Of a stretch of DNA of 64,000 bases, positions 10,162 to 20,702 are shown one piece after another. Origin of the DNA: Runella sp. (GTDB taxonomy: Bacteria; Bacteroidota; Bacteroidia; Cytophagales; Spirosomataceae); the NCBI GenBank assembly GCA_046294665.1, contig JBKBKL010000002.1:6328-70327 (forward strand), given 5' to 3'. Positions within the stretch are counted from its first letter, which is position 1; the number at the start of each line of letters is the position of its first letter. Made by a program: the position numbers and the translations under genes. The notes below the pieces were generated by a model that worked only from the letters and a program-made list of their open reading frames with translations, was not told the origin of the DNA and did no database searches.

Positions 10162-10285
10162 ACATCAGAGATTCTTTTATACTGACTTTATCAACACGAT
10201 TTTGTATTTTTTATTTAATCATTCACCCAAACCCATACTTTTCAGATATGATGACATGATAGCCAGTTTAATTACCGATTAGCAA

Positions 10286-10318
10286 TAAAAAAGCCGAAAG
10301 GCTGGTACCCTTTCGGCT
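10286..10318 (-). terminator. Hairpin in the fecR-susC spacer, oriented as a minus-strand terminator
   Basis: TAAAAA-AGCCGAAAGG-ctggtac-CCTTTCGGCT; the A-run precedes the stem, so the U-tract is on the minus strand. Confidence 0.6.
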
Positions 10319-10418
10319 CAAAAATCGCCTCTTGCTTATTGAGAATAGGCCCCACCTGGTACGTGGTCGAAAGAGGCACATTGTTTCTGTCCGTTCACAA
10401 ACAAAAACATTTCAAATT

Positions 10419-13400
10419 ATGGAAATTCAATACACAATTCCAAAAATTGTTTGGAAAGCCATGCGACTATCACTGGTACAGTTTTTTCTGGCTACCACTT
10501 TCATTGGGCTATCTTGGGCTACCGAAACTTCGGCTCAAGAACTGCTCAACACCCGCTTGACCCTACAGGTGGAAAATCGCGATTTGAAGCATATTTTGGC
10601 TCGAATTGAGCGTGAGGCCAACATCAAATTTATGTATAGTGCACAGGTGATTCCTGTAAATCGTAAAATTTCGATCAATGCCACCAATGAGAGTTTATCG
10701 AAAATACTTGACAATTTACTCAATCCCCTTCAAGTAACTTATCGCATCATAGATCGAACAGTTTTACTAAAAAATAATGCTTCGGGAAACTCCCTCGCCG
10801 TCGAACTATCACCGGCGGCTAACAGTATCCGGTCTATTGATACACGCAAAGTAACGGGGAAAGTAGTAGATGACAATGGCGAGCCATTGCCCGGAGTCAG
10901 TGTTTTGGTCAAAAATACAACATTGGGTACTACTACCAACGCAGAGGGGAATTATAGTATAGACGTACCCCAAGAAGCGACTACGCTTGTTTTTTCGTCG
11001 GTAGGATTTGTGCGCCAAGAAGTAAAAATCAGTGGCAATATCATCAACGTACGCCTAACATCTGACCCCAGAAGCCTTGAAGAAGTGGTAGTGGTGGGTT
11101 ATGGAACACAAAAACGTTCTGATCTAACAGGGGCTATCGCAACTGTCAAAGGTGACGAGATAAAAAATATGCCTGTTAGGAGTGTAAATGAGGCATTGCA
11201 AGGTCGTATGGCAGGGGTACAAGTAACCAAAGGCTCTGGAGCACCTGGAGCAGGGGCTGATATTTTGATTCGAGGGCCGGGCTCTATCAATGGAATGCCT
11301 CCGCTGTATATCGTAGATGGAGTACGTATATCGGGTACTGGCTTCAACTTCAATGTACAGGACATTGAGTCTATTGAAGTACTTAAAGATGCCTCTGCGG
11401 CTGCAATCTATGGAGTAGATGCGGCTGGGGGGGTGATATTGGTTACGACCAAGCGCGGAGGAAAATCGGCCAAGCCCTCTGTCAATCTTAGTTCGTGGTA
11501 TGGTATCAGGCAGCCTACACGTATGTACAGCTTACTGAGGCGCGACCAGTATGCCCAAGCCCGCGAAAACTTCGGTTTTAGTGTGGCATCGGCCGGAAAC
11601 TTAAGCCAACTACCTGATGTAGATTGGATTGACGAAGTTTTCAGAAATGGCGGCGAACAAAACTATACACTCTCTGTCAATGGCGGTGGCGAGCGTTCAA
11701 ATTATTTCATTTCTACCAATTTTCAGCGTGAAGATGGCATCGTCATTAATACTTTCGCCCAACGCTTCAATGTCCGTATCAACTCAGACTACCAGTTGGC
11801 CAAACGCCTCAAAGTAGGGCAGAGTATGTATATGTGGCGGGGCAATTTCCGCAATGTGGACGGCTCTATCCCTTTCCGTTCTACGCCACTGATGCCCGTC
11901 TTCGACCCCGACAATGCCCTCGGTGGCTGGGGACGCACCCCCGGAGGGTTCTATGAAGGTGCCAACCCCGTGGGTGCACGCCAAAGCCAACGAATAATAG
12001 ATGTACGTTCGGCTATTGAAGGAAATATATTTGCTGACTGGGCGATTGTCAACGGACTCAATTTCCGAACTACTTTGGGGGCATCGTTGATAAACAACCG
12101 CTTTCAGAACTTTCAGGAAGCCTTCAGCTATGGTACGCTCCGAAACCCCAACGCTACGCTCTCTCAAAATATGTTCAACCAAGAAAACTATACCGCCAAT
12201 TTCACATTGACGTATGGACGTACTTTTGGCAAACATGACCTCAAAGCAATGGCAGGCTACGAAGCCTACCGCGAAGACGGGTCGCGGCTTGAGGGGACTG
12301 CCAATGGCTTCACTGTACCGGTAGCTACTTCGTTTGTGTTGAGCAGCGACCCCACCAACCGCCTCGTCAATGCTGGATTTGCCAATGCCCCCTTCCGCCG
12401 CTTACTATCGCAGTTTGGACGTATCAATTATGGCTATGCGGGCAAATACTTCCTTACAGCCAATATCCGTAGAGATGGTACCGACCGCTTTGCCACAGGC
12501 CGCAAGTGGGGTACTTTCTCAGGCTTTTCGGCAGGTTGGAAAATGAGTGAAGAAGCCTTTATGCAAAACCTAACCTTTATCTCCAACCTCAAACTACGAG
12601 GTGGGTATGGTGTACTCGGAATAGCCAATGTAGATCCTTTTCAGTACCTCGAGCAGTTTAGTTTTCAAAATATTACAGGACTTCCCGATGGTACTCGAGT
12701 ACAAGGCTTCGGGCGTACGCTCACATTGGCCAACAGCGACCTACAGTGGGAAACAGTCAAACAAACTGATATTGGCCTTGACTTGGGGTTATTCAGCAAT
12801 CGTATCAATGTAAACATAGACTGGTACAATCGTCAAAGCGAAGACGTACTTTACAGAGTGCCAACTCCTTTTTCGGCAGGTCTTAGCAACATAACCTTCG
12901 TCAATGTAGGTAGTGTACGAAATCGTGGCCTTGAAATAGCCATAGACTATCGGGGCAAAATAGGAAATAATCTAACTTACAACGTTGGAGGAAATGTAGC
13001 CTTCAATCGTAACAAAGTCCTCAATCTTGATGGGGTACGCAATGCTCCCTTCGACGAAGGCCGCCCCGGCGATGTATGGCGCACCAGCGTAGCTCGCACG
13101 GCTGTCAATCAACCCTTTGGACAGTTTTTTGGATACATTGTAGATGGTATCTTCCCTACGGAGGCTGCTGTACGCGAACGCAACGTAACACAAACAGGAG
13201 CAGGGGCAGGAGATTTGATTTATCGAGATCTCAACGGCGACGGGCGCATTACACTCGACGACCGCACTTTTATCGGCAATCCATGGCCAGGAGCCATTTA
13301 TGGGATTACGGCCAATATCAAGTGGAAGCAATTTGACCTCAATACCGTCTTGACAGGCGTAGCTGATGTAGATATTTATAATGGAGTGCGCTCCTATACA

Positions 13401-13847
13401 GACTTCTTTGTGGGCGACAACAACACCACGGCCAATATCTTTGAAACTTCTTTTTTTGGCAACAATACCCTCACCGATAAACCTCGTACCGGGGTGTTTG
13501 TTACGAATGCTCAAGGACAGAGGGTCTATACACGAGACCCCAATAGTAACTACGGCAATGTTTCAAGTTATTTTGTAGAACGTGGAGGCTATCTTCGGCT
13601 TACCAATTTACAGTTGGGGTACAGCCTGCCCACTGCTCTCCTCAACAAAGCCAAAATAAGTGGAGTAAGAATGTTTGTAATGGGGCAAAACCTATTTACC
13701 ATTACACCTTACTCTGGCCTTGATCCAGAAATATCTTCACTCTCTACTCGCAACGGAGCAGCGGCAGCTACTTCGCGCGGTATTGATGACTTCAGGGCGT
13801 TTCCGCGTACCCGAATGTTTTCGATTGGTTTAGAGGCTACATTCTAA
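10419..13847 (+). CDS. susC: SusC-like TonB-dependent transducer with an N-terminal STN domain
   Basis: STN-like N-extension, EEVVVVGYGTQK, VLKDASAAAIYG, C-terminal EATF. ATG 10419 (or 10461) preferred over TTG 10332. Confidence 0.95.
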   Translation: MEIQYTIPKIVWKAMRLSLVQFFLATTFIGLSWATETSAQELLNTRLTLQVENRDLKHILARIEREANIKFMYSAQVIPVNRKISINATNESLSKILDNLLNPLQVTYRIIDRTVLLKNNASGNSLAVELSPAANSIRSIDTRKVTGKVVDDNGEPLPGVSVLVKNTTLGTTTNAEGNYSIDVPQEATTLVFSSVGFVRQEVKISGNIINVRLTSDPRSLEEVVVVGYGTQKRSDLTGAIATVKGDEIKNMPVRSVNEALQGRMAGVQVTKGSGAPGAGADILIRGPGSINGMPPLYIVDGVRISGTGFNFNVQDIESIEVLKDASAAAIYGVDAAGGVILVTTKRGGKSAKPSVNLSSWYGIRQPTRMYSLLRRDQYAQARENFGFSVASAGNLSQLPDVDWIDEVFRNGGEQNYTLSVNGGGERSNYFISTNFQREDGIVINTFAQRFNVRINSDYQLAKRLKVGQSMYMWRGNFRNVDGSIPFRSTPLMPVFDPDNALGGWGRTPGGFYEGANPVGARQSQRIIDVRSAIEGNIFADWAIVNGLNFRTTLGASLINNRFQNFQEAFSYGTLRNPNATLSQNMFNQENYTANFTLTYGRTFGKHDLKAMAGYEAYREDGSRLEGTANGFTVPVATSFVLSSDPTNRLVNAGFANAPFRRLLSQFGRINYGYAGKYFLTANIRRDGTDRFATGRKWGTFSGFSAGWKMSEEAFMQNLTFISNLKLRGGYGVLGIANVDPFQYLEQFSFQNITGLPDGTRVQGFGRTLTLANSDLQWETVKQTDIGLDLGLFSNRINVNIDWYNRQSEDVLYRVPTPFSAGLSNITFVNVGSVRNRGLEIAIDYRGKIGNNLTYNVGGNVAFNRNKVLNLDGVRNAPFDEGRPGDVWRTSVARTAVNQPFGQFFGYIVDGIFPTEAAVRERNVTQTGAGAGDLIYRDLNGDGRITLDDRTFIGNPWPGAIYGITANIKWKQFDLNTVLTGVADVDIYNGVRSYTDFFVGDNNTTANIFETSFFGNNTLTDKPRTGVFVTNAQGQRVYTRDPNSNYGNVSSYFVERGGYLRLTNLQLGYSLPTALLNKAKISGVRMFVMGQNLFTITPYSGLDPEISSLSTRNGAAAATSRGIDDFRAFPRTRMFSIGLEATF

Positions 13848-13875
13848 TTTATCATCCTTTCAACCTACAAAAATC

Positions 13876-15645
13876 ATGAAAAGATACTTGTTTAGTTTGA
13901 TGACCGCCATAGGAATCGTAGTAGGACTACTGGCTTGCAAAGAAGAATTCTTAGTAACCAAAGACCCCAATAGCCTTACTTCTGGCAACTTCCCTACTAC
14001 CTTGGCTCACCTCGATTTGATGCTCAACGGGGTCTATGCCAACCGCCATGCCTTTGGGCTTTATGGCCACAATATGTTCGGCAAAAACACCAACTGTTTT
14101 GACCATACCCAAGACCAATCTTGGGTAGGATTTCAGTTTTGGAATGAAATGAACCAGAACAATACACGCCCCGACAATGAGTTTATGACTGAAACTTGGC
14201 GTGATGCTTGGCGTGGAGTGCAGCGAGCCAATACCCTACTGGCGGGGCTTGAAAGTTTCAGAAAAACCAATGCCCGCCCGGCCGACGAAGCCCGCCTTCG
14301 AGAGATAGAAGGTCAAACTCTGTACTTGAGAGCATGGTTTTATTATTATTTGGCGGGTTTCTGGAACGAAGATATGTTACTCGGCAATACAGGCGGTGAT
14401 AAAATGGGAGTCCCTATTATTACGACTGTATCTTCTACTCTAGACCAAACTCGTGTTCAAAGAGCAACTGTGAAACAGACATGGGATTTTATTATTGCTG
14501 ATTTGCGCCGAGCTGATGAGCTATTGGCCAATAAAGTATGGACAGGCAACGACCGCCACCGGATCGGAACATGGGCTGTCAAGGCTTTCTTAGGTAAAGT
14601 TTACACTTTTATTCAAGATTGGCCCAATGCCCGTACCAACCTCGAAGCAGTCATCAACAATAGTGGCAAGTCGCTTGTGCCGTTCAATATCTATCGTAAT
14701 ATGTTCAATGGTGAAAATGAGTACAATGCGGAGTCTATTGATGAAATAAATATGAACATAGACCGAAATACCTGGGGGGCATGGGGCGACCGCTCGATGG
14801 GGTCGAGCGTAGGAATGGTGCAAGCTCCCTCCTTCATGGGCGACAATGGCCAACCCAACGGCTCTGGCTGGTCCAATGTATTCCCGCATGATAAAACCCT
14901 CGAACGCTATGGATTTAAAGAGCCAATCATCAATTATGTTGACAATCCTCGCTTCGATCGCAACCGTCCTACAAGTATAGACAACCTTCCACGTATCCCA
15001 AATCCTGCCTATATTCAACGTTCTCTTACTATTCGTAACCAACAACTGGCCGACCCGCGCCTTTGGATAGGTACACAGCAGCCTTTCGTTGATTCGATGA
15101 TAGTAGGTGGGCGTAAGCGTCCGATTACTCAATTTACAGCCGTACCGAGTGAGTCTTTCCACGCTTGGTCGTTTGGGAAGTTTGTCAATAAAGTAGGTAC
15201 TGAAGGAGATGTTAATCAAAACAATGGTTCCAACTTTTATTGGATTCGATTGGCTGATGTGTATCTATTGTATGCGGAGGTACTCATACAAACGGGCAAT
15301 CCCACTCTGGGGTTAGAGTATATCAACCGCGTAAAACGTCGTGCCTACAATTTGCCTGCGCTGACCCCAAGCCCGAGAGATTATCGAAGTCTAACCGATG
15401 CCACCGTAGCGTCCGACCCAGTATTACGAAACAGCCCATTACGCTACGAGCGTTGGGCGGAGTTATATGGAGAGGGGCACTGGTGGTTTGATGTACGACG
15501 ATGGAAAATAGGAAATCAAGAGGCGGCCTACTACCAAAATGTACGCGGGGGGCCTATTCAATGGGCAGATACTGACTATGCACAGCCTATTCCACAACAA
15601 GAAATGGAAGCCAATCCTCTGATGAAACAAAATCCAGGATACTGA
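13876..15645 (+). CDS. susD: SusD/RagB lipoprotein
   Basis: Lipobox LLAC, IRLADVYLLYAE, INRVKRRA, ERWAELYGEGHWWFDVRRW, QNPGY end. Confidence 0.95.
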   Translation: MKRYLFSLMTAIGIVVGLLACKEEFLVTKDPNSLTSGNFPTTLAHLDLMLNGVYANRHAFGLYGHNMFGKNTNCFDHTQDQSWVGFQFWNEMNQNNTRPDNEFMTETWRDAWRGVQRANTLLAGLESFRKTNARPADEARLREIEGQTLYLRAWFYYYLAGFWNEDMLLGNTGGDKMGVPIITTVSSTLDQTRVQRATVKQTWDFIIADLRRADELLANKVWTGNDRHRIGTWAVKAFLGKVYTFIQDWPNARTNLEAVINNSGKSLVPFNIYRNMFNGENEYNAESIDEINMNIDRNTWGAWGDRSMGSSVGMVQAPSFMGDNGQPNGSGWSNVFPHDKTLERYGFKEPIINYVDNPRFDRNRPTSIDNLPRIPNPAYIQRSLTIRNQQLADPRLWIGTQQPFVDSMIVGGRKRPITQFTAVPSESFHAWSFGKFVNKVGTEGDVNQNNGSNFYWIRLADVYLLYAEVLIQTGNPTLGLEYINRVKRRAYNLPALTPSPRDYRSLTDATVASDPVLRNSPLRYERWAELYGEGHWWFDVRRWKIGNQEAAYYQNVRGGPIQWADTDYAQPIPQQEMEANPLMKQNPGY

Positions 15646-15661
15646 ATAATAAAATCCCACG

Positions 15662-15698
15662 ATAGCTTTGACAGAGTTTTAAACTCTGTCAAAGCTAT
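15662..15698. repeat. Perfect 18-bp inverted repeat (REP-like) between susD and the next gene
   Basis: ATAGCTTTGACAGAGTTT-t-AAACTCTGTCAAAGCTAT; no U-tract. Confidence 0.8.
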
Positions 15699-15710
15699 TA
15701 TCATTTAACC

Positions 15711-17210
15711 ATGCACCGTAATTCGCCCATACTATTTCTGATATACGGAGGTTTCATGCTGACCTTGGCGGGCTGCCTAAACAAACATACCCAAGGGGAA
15801 AAATTGGCGCAAAAATACTGTGGAAACTGCCACTTAACGCCTATACCCCAACAACTCGACCAAGCCACTTGGCGAGAGTCAGTATTGCCAATGATGGGGC
15901 TACGGCTTGGCTTATTGCCTTCGGCTTCGTCGTTGGCACAGCAATCGGTATATTTTGAGCTAAAACAAGCAGGGCAAATTTCCACTCAACCGCTCATTAC
16001 ACCCCAAGAATGGGAGCAAATTAAAGATTACTATTTAAAAAATGCTCCCAAAATCCTTGTAGGTACTTATCCGAAATTGCCTATCAATCAGCACTTCATT
16101 CCAATCAATTCTCCTTTGATTGCCTCTACTACTCCAACTGTAACCTGTATTCGCTGGGACACCCATCAGCAGCATATCTGGCTCTCCGACAATGTTACAC
16201 ATCAAATCTATCAAATCAACGCCCAACAGCAAATCGTAGCTACCATCGGAATGCCCACCCCCGTAAGCGATATTTACCTGCAAGGCGATACACTTTGGGT
16301 TACTTCAGTGGGAAGCATACAGCCATCACAACAAAAAAATGGAGTAGTGATGTGTTTTGTGAAAAAACAAAATCAATGGCAGTTTGTACAGTCGTCGCCG
16401 GTGCTTCATAGACCTGCCAAATCGCTCATTTTCAAGCCTAAATCAAACGCTAAATCCCAAATTATAACTGCTGAATTTGGTTTCTTAACGGGGCAACTTG
16501 CTATTTGGAATCAGGATTTTTCAGAAAAAAAAATCCTTTCAAATCTTAGTGGTGCTTTACAGATTGAAACAACAGATTTCAATAATGATGGTCTTCTTGA
16601 CTTAGTAGTGCTTTTTGGTCAAGGCGACGAAAATTTGAGTGTTTTTCTGCAACAGCCCAATGGCACTTTTCAGCAAAAAATCCTTCTTCAATTTCCTGCT
16701 GTGTATGGCTCTACTTCTTTTTTGATGCAAGATTTTGACCAAGACGGGCTACTTGATATTGCCTATACCTGCGGCGATAATGCCGATTACTCACCTATTT
16801 TGAAACCGTATCATGGCTTATATATTTATCAACAACAAACCTCTGGCCAATTTCGAGAACGCTTTTTTTATCCTATCAACGGAGCTTATAAAGTATTGGC
16901 GGGTGATTTTGACCTTGATAAAGACCTTGATTTGATAACTATTTCGTTTTTTGCTGATTATCTTCATCGCCCTCAAGAGAGTGTCGTTGTTTTTGAGCAT
17001 CAAAATAAATTTAATTTTAATCCTTCAGGAATTGATATCGCCCAAGCGGGTCGTTGGATAGATGCTGATTTGGGAGATATTGATGAAGACGGTGATTTGG
17101 ATATTCTGCTGGCCAACTGCTCCGTCGCTCAACCATTGAAAGGAGGATTGGAGGCTCATTGGCGAAACGGAAAGCATTACTCTATTCTTTTGAACCAACA
17201 TATCAAATGA
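15711..17210 (+). CDS. Lipoprotein with an N-terminal c-type cytochrome domain and FG-GAP/VCBS repeats
   Basis: Lipobox LAGC; CGNCH heme motif; repeats DFNNDGLLDL, DFDQDGLLDI, DFDLDKDLDL, DIDEDGDLDI. Confidence 0.85.
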   Translation: MHRNSPILFLIYGGFMLTLAGCLNKHTQGEKLAQKYCGNCHLTPIPQQLDQATWRESVLPMMGLRLGLLPSASSLAQQSVYFELKQAGQISTQPLITPQEWEQIKDYYLKNAPKILVGTYPKLPINQHFIPINSPLIASTTPTVTCIRWDTHQQHIWLSDNVTHQIYQINAQQQIVATIGMPTPVSDIYLQGDTLWVTSVGSIQPSQQKNGVVMCFVKKQNQWQFVQSSPVLHRPAKSLIFKPKSNAKSQIITAEFGFLTGQLAIWNQDFSEKKILSNLSGALQIETTDFNNDGLLDLVVLFGQGDENLSVFLQQPNGTFQQKILLQFPAVYGSTSFLMQDFDQDGLLDIAYTCGDNADYSPILKPYHGLYIYQQQTSGQFRERFFYPINGAYKVLAGDFDLDKDLDLITISFFADYLHRPQESVVVFEHQNKFNFNPSGIDIAQAGRWIDADLGDIDEDGDLDILLANCSVAQPLKGGLEAHWRNGKHYSILLNQHIK

Positions 17211-19120
17211 ATCCTCCCTCAAAAACACCAAATTGGTTATTGAAATTGTCGGCTATGATGTTGCCTTTGTTTGTAGTCGGTATAGCTGAACTAACGCTAA
17301 GGTGGGCAGGTTTTGGCTATGATTTGAGTTTGTTTGTTACCGACCCGCAGCGGCCTGATTATTGGGTGATGAATCCCCATGCCTCCAAAAGATACTTTAT
17401 CACCCAAGAAAACGCAACAGTTGGCAATGCTGAACCCTTCCGTAAAGTCAAAGCGGAGCATACGATCCGGCTTTTTGTACTCGGAGAATCTACTACCGTA
17501 GGCTATCCTTATCTCAACAATGGGTCGTTTCACCGCTGGTTACATTATCGTCTATTACACACATTTCCTCATTATCATTTTGAAATCATCAATGTAGGCT
17601 TGACAGCCGTCAATTCGCATACGGTACGCGGGTTTGCAGAAGAAATAGTTGATTATCAGCCTGATGCTGTACTTATTTATACTGGCCACAACGAATACTA
17701 CGGGGCATTGGGAGTGGGTGCTACACAGCGATTTGGTAGTAATCTCTCTCTGACACGATTGATTTTAAAGCTGCGCGATTGGCGAGTTGTACAAGCAGGC
17801 TATCAGGTAATCGAATGGGTCCGCCGCTGTTTTGATGGCCAGCAGATAGACCTCCGCGAAAACCTGATGAAACGCATGGCTCTCAAGCAGCAGATAGCCT
17901 TCGAGTCGGAAGACTATTGGAGAGGAATCGAGCAGTTTGAGAAGAATATGGCTGCTACACTCGATGGGCTTGCCAAAGCCAATGTACCGGTATTTATAGG
18001 CAACCTCGTAAGCAACGAAAAAGACTTGCCTCCTTTTGTGAGTGATACTGTATCTACTGCACAATCGGCGATAGAACAATACAAACTGGCTCAAAAAGCA
18101 CTTCAAAAAAAGGATACAGTTTTGGCAAAAAACCTATTTGTCAAGGCCAAAGATCTGGATTTATTGAGGTTTCGCGCTCCTGAAGTCATCAATCATACCA
18201 TCGAAAAATTAGCTTCTCAATACACTAATACCCATTTAGTAAACATAAAAAAAATTTTTGAAGACCATTCTCAAAATAGAATTTTAGGGAGTGAAACCCT
18301 CCTCGAACACGTCCACCCCAACCTACTTGGCTATGCTCTCATGGCGGAGGCATTTACAGCATCAATGCGCCAAAATGCTTTTATCAGTCCACAATGGCCT
18401 TCGGTGATGCCCCTCGACCTAATGCTTTCCGAAATGCCCATTACAACCGTGGACTCATTGAAAGGAATGTATGAAGTTCAGATTCTAAAAGAAGGTTGGC
18501 CTTTCAATCAGCCTGCACCTGCCCTCTCTCAACGACCCAAAACTTTTGAACAACAACTGGCCGGCGGATTGGTAGTGAGGCAGTTGTCGTGGGCAGAGGC
18601 TACCAACCGGCTTTTCAATTACTACCGCCATCAAAAAGAGTATCATAAAGCACTGCGGGTAGCAGAGGCTCTCATGCTTGAGCATAGCTACAATGCCGAT
18701 TTTTATGAACAAGCTGCTCAAGTAGCTATGCTTGCCCAACAACCCCAAAAAACACAGCTTTATCGCCAACGCGCTTTTGTACTTGCCCCCAGCGAAGCCC
18801 TTGCCAAATTGCTTTTTACTGATTTTTTGAAGAAAGATCAACCTCAACAAGCTCTGCCTTATCTCAACTATGCTGCACAACAAAACCCTCAATGGCACGA
18901 TTTGCATCAAAAAGTGCAGCACGTCATCGAAGTACAAAAAGTTTGGCAAGCTGACACTTCCTCTACCGATAAATGTTTGCAAGTGGCAGAAGCGTATTTG
19001 GCATTTGCCAATTCAGATGCTGCCGAAAAATATATTCATAAGGCTTTACGTCATACTCCCAAACACCCCCAAGCCTTACAATTTCAAAATTTGATACAAC
19101 ACTACCGTTCGTCAAATTGA
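17207..19120 (+). CDS. Membrane-anchored SGNH/GDSL hydrolase with C-terminal TPR-like helices
   Basis: N-terminal TM; LGESTT (block I), YTGHNEYYG (block III), EHVHPN (block V). ATG 17207 overlaps the upstream stop (ATGA). Confidence 0.8.
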   Translation: MNPPSKTPNWLLKLSAMMLPLFVVGIAELTLRWAGFGYDLSLFVTDPQRPDYWVMNPHASKRYFITQENATVGNAEPFRKVKAEHTIRLFVLGESTTVGYPYLNNGSFHRWLHYRLLHTFPHYHFEIINVGLTAVNSHTVRGFAEEIVDYQPDAVLIYTGHNEYYGALGVGATQRFGSNLSLTRLILKLRDWRVVQAGYQVIEWVRRCFDGQQIDLRENLMKRMALKQQIAFESEDYWRGIEQFEKNMAATLDGLAKANVPVFIGNLVSNEKDLPPFVSDTVSTAQSAIEQYKLAQKALQKKDTVLAKNLFVKAKDLDLLRFRAPEVINHTIEKLASQYTNTHLVNIKKIFEDHSQNRILGSETLLEHVHPNLLGYALMAEAFTASMRQNAFISPQWPSVMPLDLMLSEMPITTVDSLKGMYEVQILKEGWPFNQPAPALSQRPKTFEQQLAGGLVVRQLSWAEATNRLFNYYRHQKEYHKALRVAEALMLEHSYNADFYEQAAQVAMLAQQPQKTQLYRQRAFVLAPSEALAKLLFTDFLKKDQPQQALPYLNYAAQQNPQWHDLHQKVQHVIEVQKVWQADTSSTDKCLQVAEAYLAFANSDAAEKYIHKALRHTPKHPQALQFQNLIQHYRSSN

Positions 19121-19349
19121 AGTTTCAAGTTTGATATGTAAGCTATTATCTTTTTTGATCCCTCATTTCGCAACGTCTTGTCGGGCAAGTGATTTGCAAG
19201 GTATGATCCCTTGATTTTCATTTGTGACCATTTGATAATTTTTTCATAACTCTAATGAGGCATTCAAAAGAATAATCAAGATAATGTCTATACCTTTATC
19301 ATGGTAATTACCATAAACCATTTTACCATATTTTAAATCCAAAATCCTT

Positions 19350-20576
19350 ATGAAAAAAACACAAAAGATTGTGTCGGTTGCTATACTTGCAGCCGGTGCA
19401 ATGACGATGTCGGGTTGCCACTCTGAGCAAGAGTCTGAAATGAAACCCAACGTAAATGTAACAGTAACTCCACGCCAAGGCCACTACATTGTTACGTACA
19501 AAGAAGACCCCCTTGCCGGTGCGCGTATCCCCAATCTTTATGATGCTCGTATGGAGTTCATGGGAGAGTTTACCAAGTCTTTTTTAATCAAAAGAGGTAT
19601 CTCTGCCGACCGTGTAGAGTATGTCTATGAAACAGCCCTCAAGGGCTTTGCTGCTGAACTGACAGCCACCGAAGTAGTCAAACTCCGCCAAGACCCCAAT
19701 ATCGGGGAAATTGTAGAGGATAATATCATCACGCTTGATGACCCTGAAGTAGAAATTCAAATTGAGCCTAATCCACAGTTGGAAACAGCCGCTACCCAAG
19801 AAACCCCTTGGGGTATTACACGTGTAGGGGGCGCCGCAGCTCCCGCTGGAGGAGTAAAAGTCTATGTCATAGATACAGGTATTAATCTCACTCACCCCGA
19901 TCTCAATGTAGATGCCTCTCTGGGATACAATGCTTTCGATTCACGTACTGTTGATGGCCGAAACCTAGACGATGGCAATGGCCACGGCACACACGTAGCA
20001 GGTACGATTGGTGCACGAAACAACAGTATCGGTGTGATAGGGGTAGCAGCAGGGGTGAAAGTCATTCCTATCAAAGTGCTGGGATCAAATGGAAGCGGTA
20101 GCACTTCAGGAGTAATTGCCGGCGTAAATTTTGTAGGTAATAGAGCCGCTCAAAACGACATCGCCAATATGAGCTTGGGAGGAGGAATCAATACCGCATT
20201 AGATGCTGCTGTGGTCAATGCTTCCAACGCCAAAGGCGGTATCAAATTTGTATTGGCCGCTGGCAACTCCAATGCCAACGCCAACAACTCTTCACCTGCA
20301 CGTGCCAATGGCCCTCATGTCGTAACGGTTTCGGCCCATGACATCAACAATGTGCGCGCTTCATTTACCAACTGGGGACGGCCTCCGATTGATTTCTGCG
20401 CCCCCGGTGTGAGCATTAAGTCCACCTATCGCAACAAAGGCTACGCTATATTGAGTGGTACTTCGATGGCTGCTCCCCACGTAGCAGGTATCATGGCAGC
20501 GAGTGCTTCGCGTACGGTCAATACCTCCGGAACCGTAGCCAATAATGGATTCAACGACCCGCGTGCCAGACGCTAA
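19350..20576 (+). CDS. S8 subtilisin-like lipoprotein protease with I9 propeptide (copy 1)
   Basis: Lipobox MSGC; VIDTG, HGTHVAG, GTSMAAPHVAG triad; YETALKGFAA propeptide. Confidence 0.93.
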   Translation: MKKTQKIVSVAILAAGAMTMSGCHSEQESEMKPNVNVTVTPRQGHYIVTYKEDPLAGARIPNLYDARMEFMGEFTKSFLIKRGISADRVEYVYETALKGFAAELTATEVVKLRQDPNIGEIVEDNIITLDDPEVEIQIEPNPQLETAATQETPWGITRVGGAAAPAGGVKVYVIDTGINLTHPDLNVDASLGYNAFDSRTVDGRNLDDGNGHGTHVAGTIGARNNSIGVIGVAAGVKVIPIKVLGSNGSGSTSGVIAGVNFVGNRAAQNDIANMSLGGGINTALDAAVVNASNAKGGIKFVLAAGNSNANANNSSPARANGPHVVTVSAHDINNVRASFTNWGRPPIDFCAPGVSIKSTYRNKGYAILSGTSMAAPHVAGIMAASASRTVNTSGTVANNGFNDPRARR

Positions 20577-20702
20577 CTACGCCAACTATACTCGCTCAAA
20601 ATTGATTTGCGAAAAAACCTGATATGTTTCTTATGATTATCAAGTAGTTACATAGTTGTTTTTTCGCAAACCTATGAGGTTTAAGTATAATTACCTTTTA
20701 CA

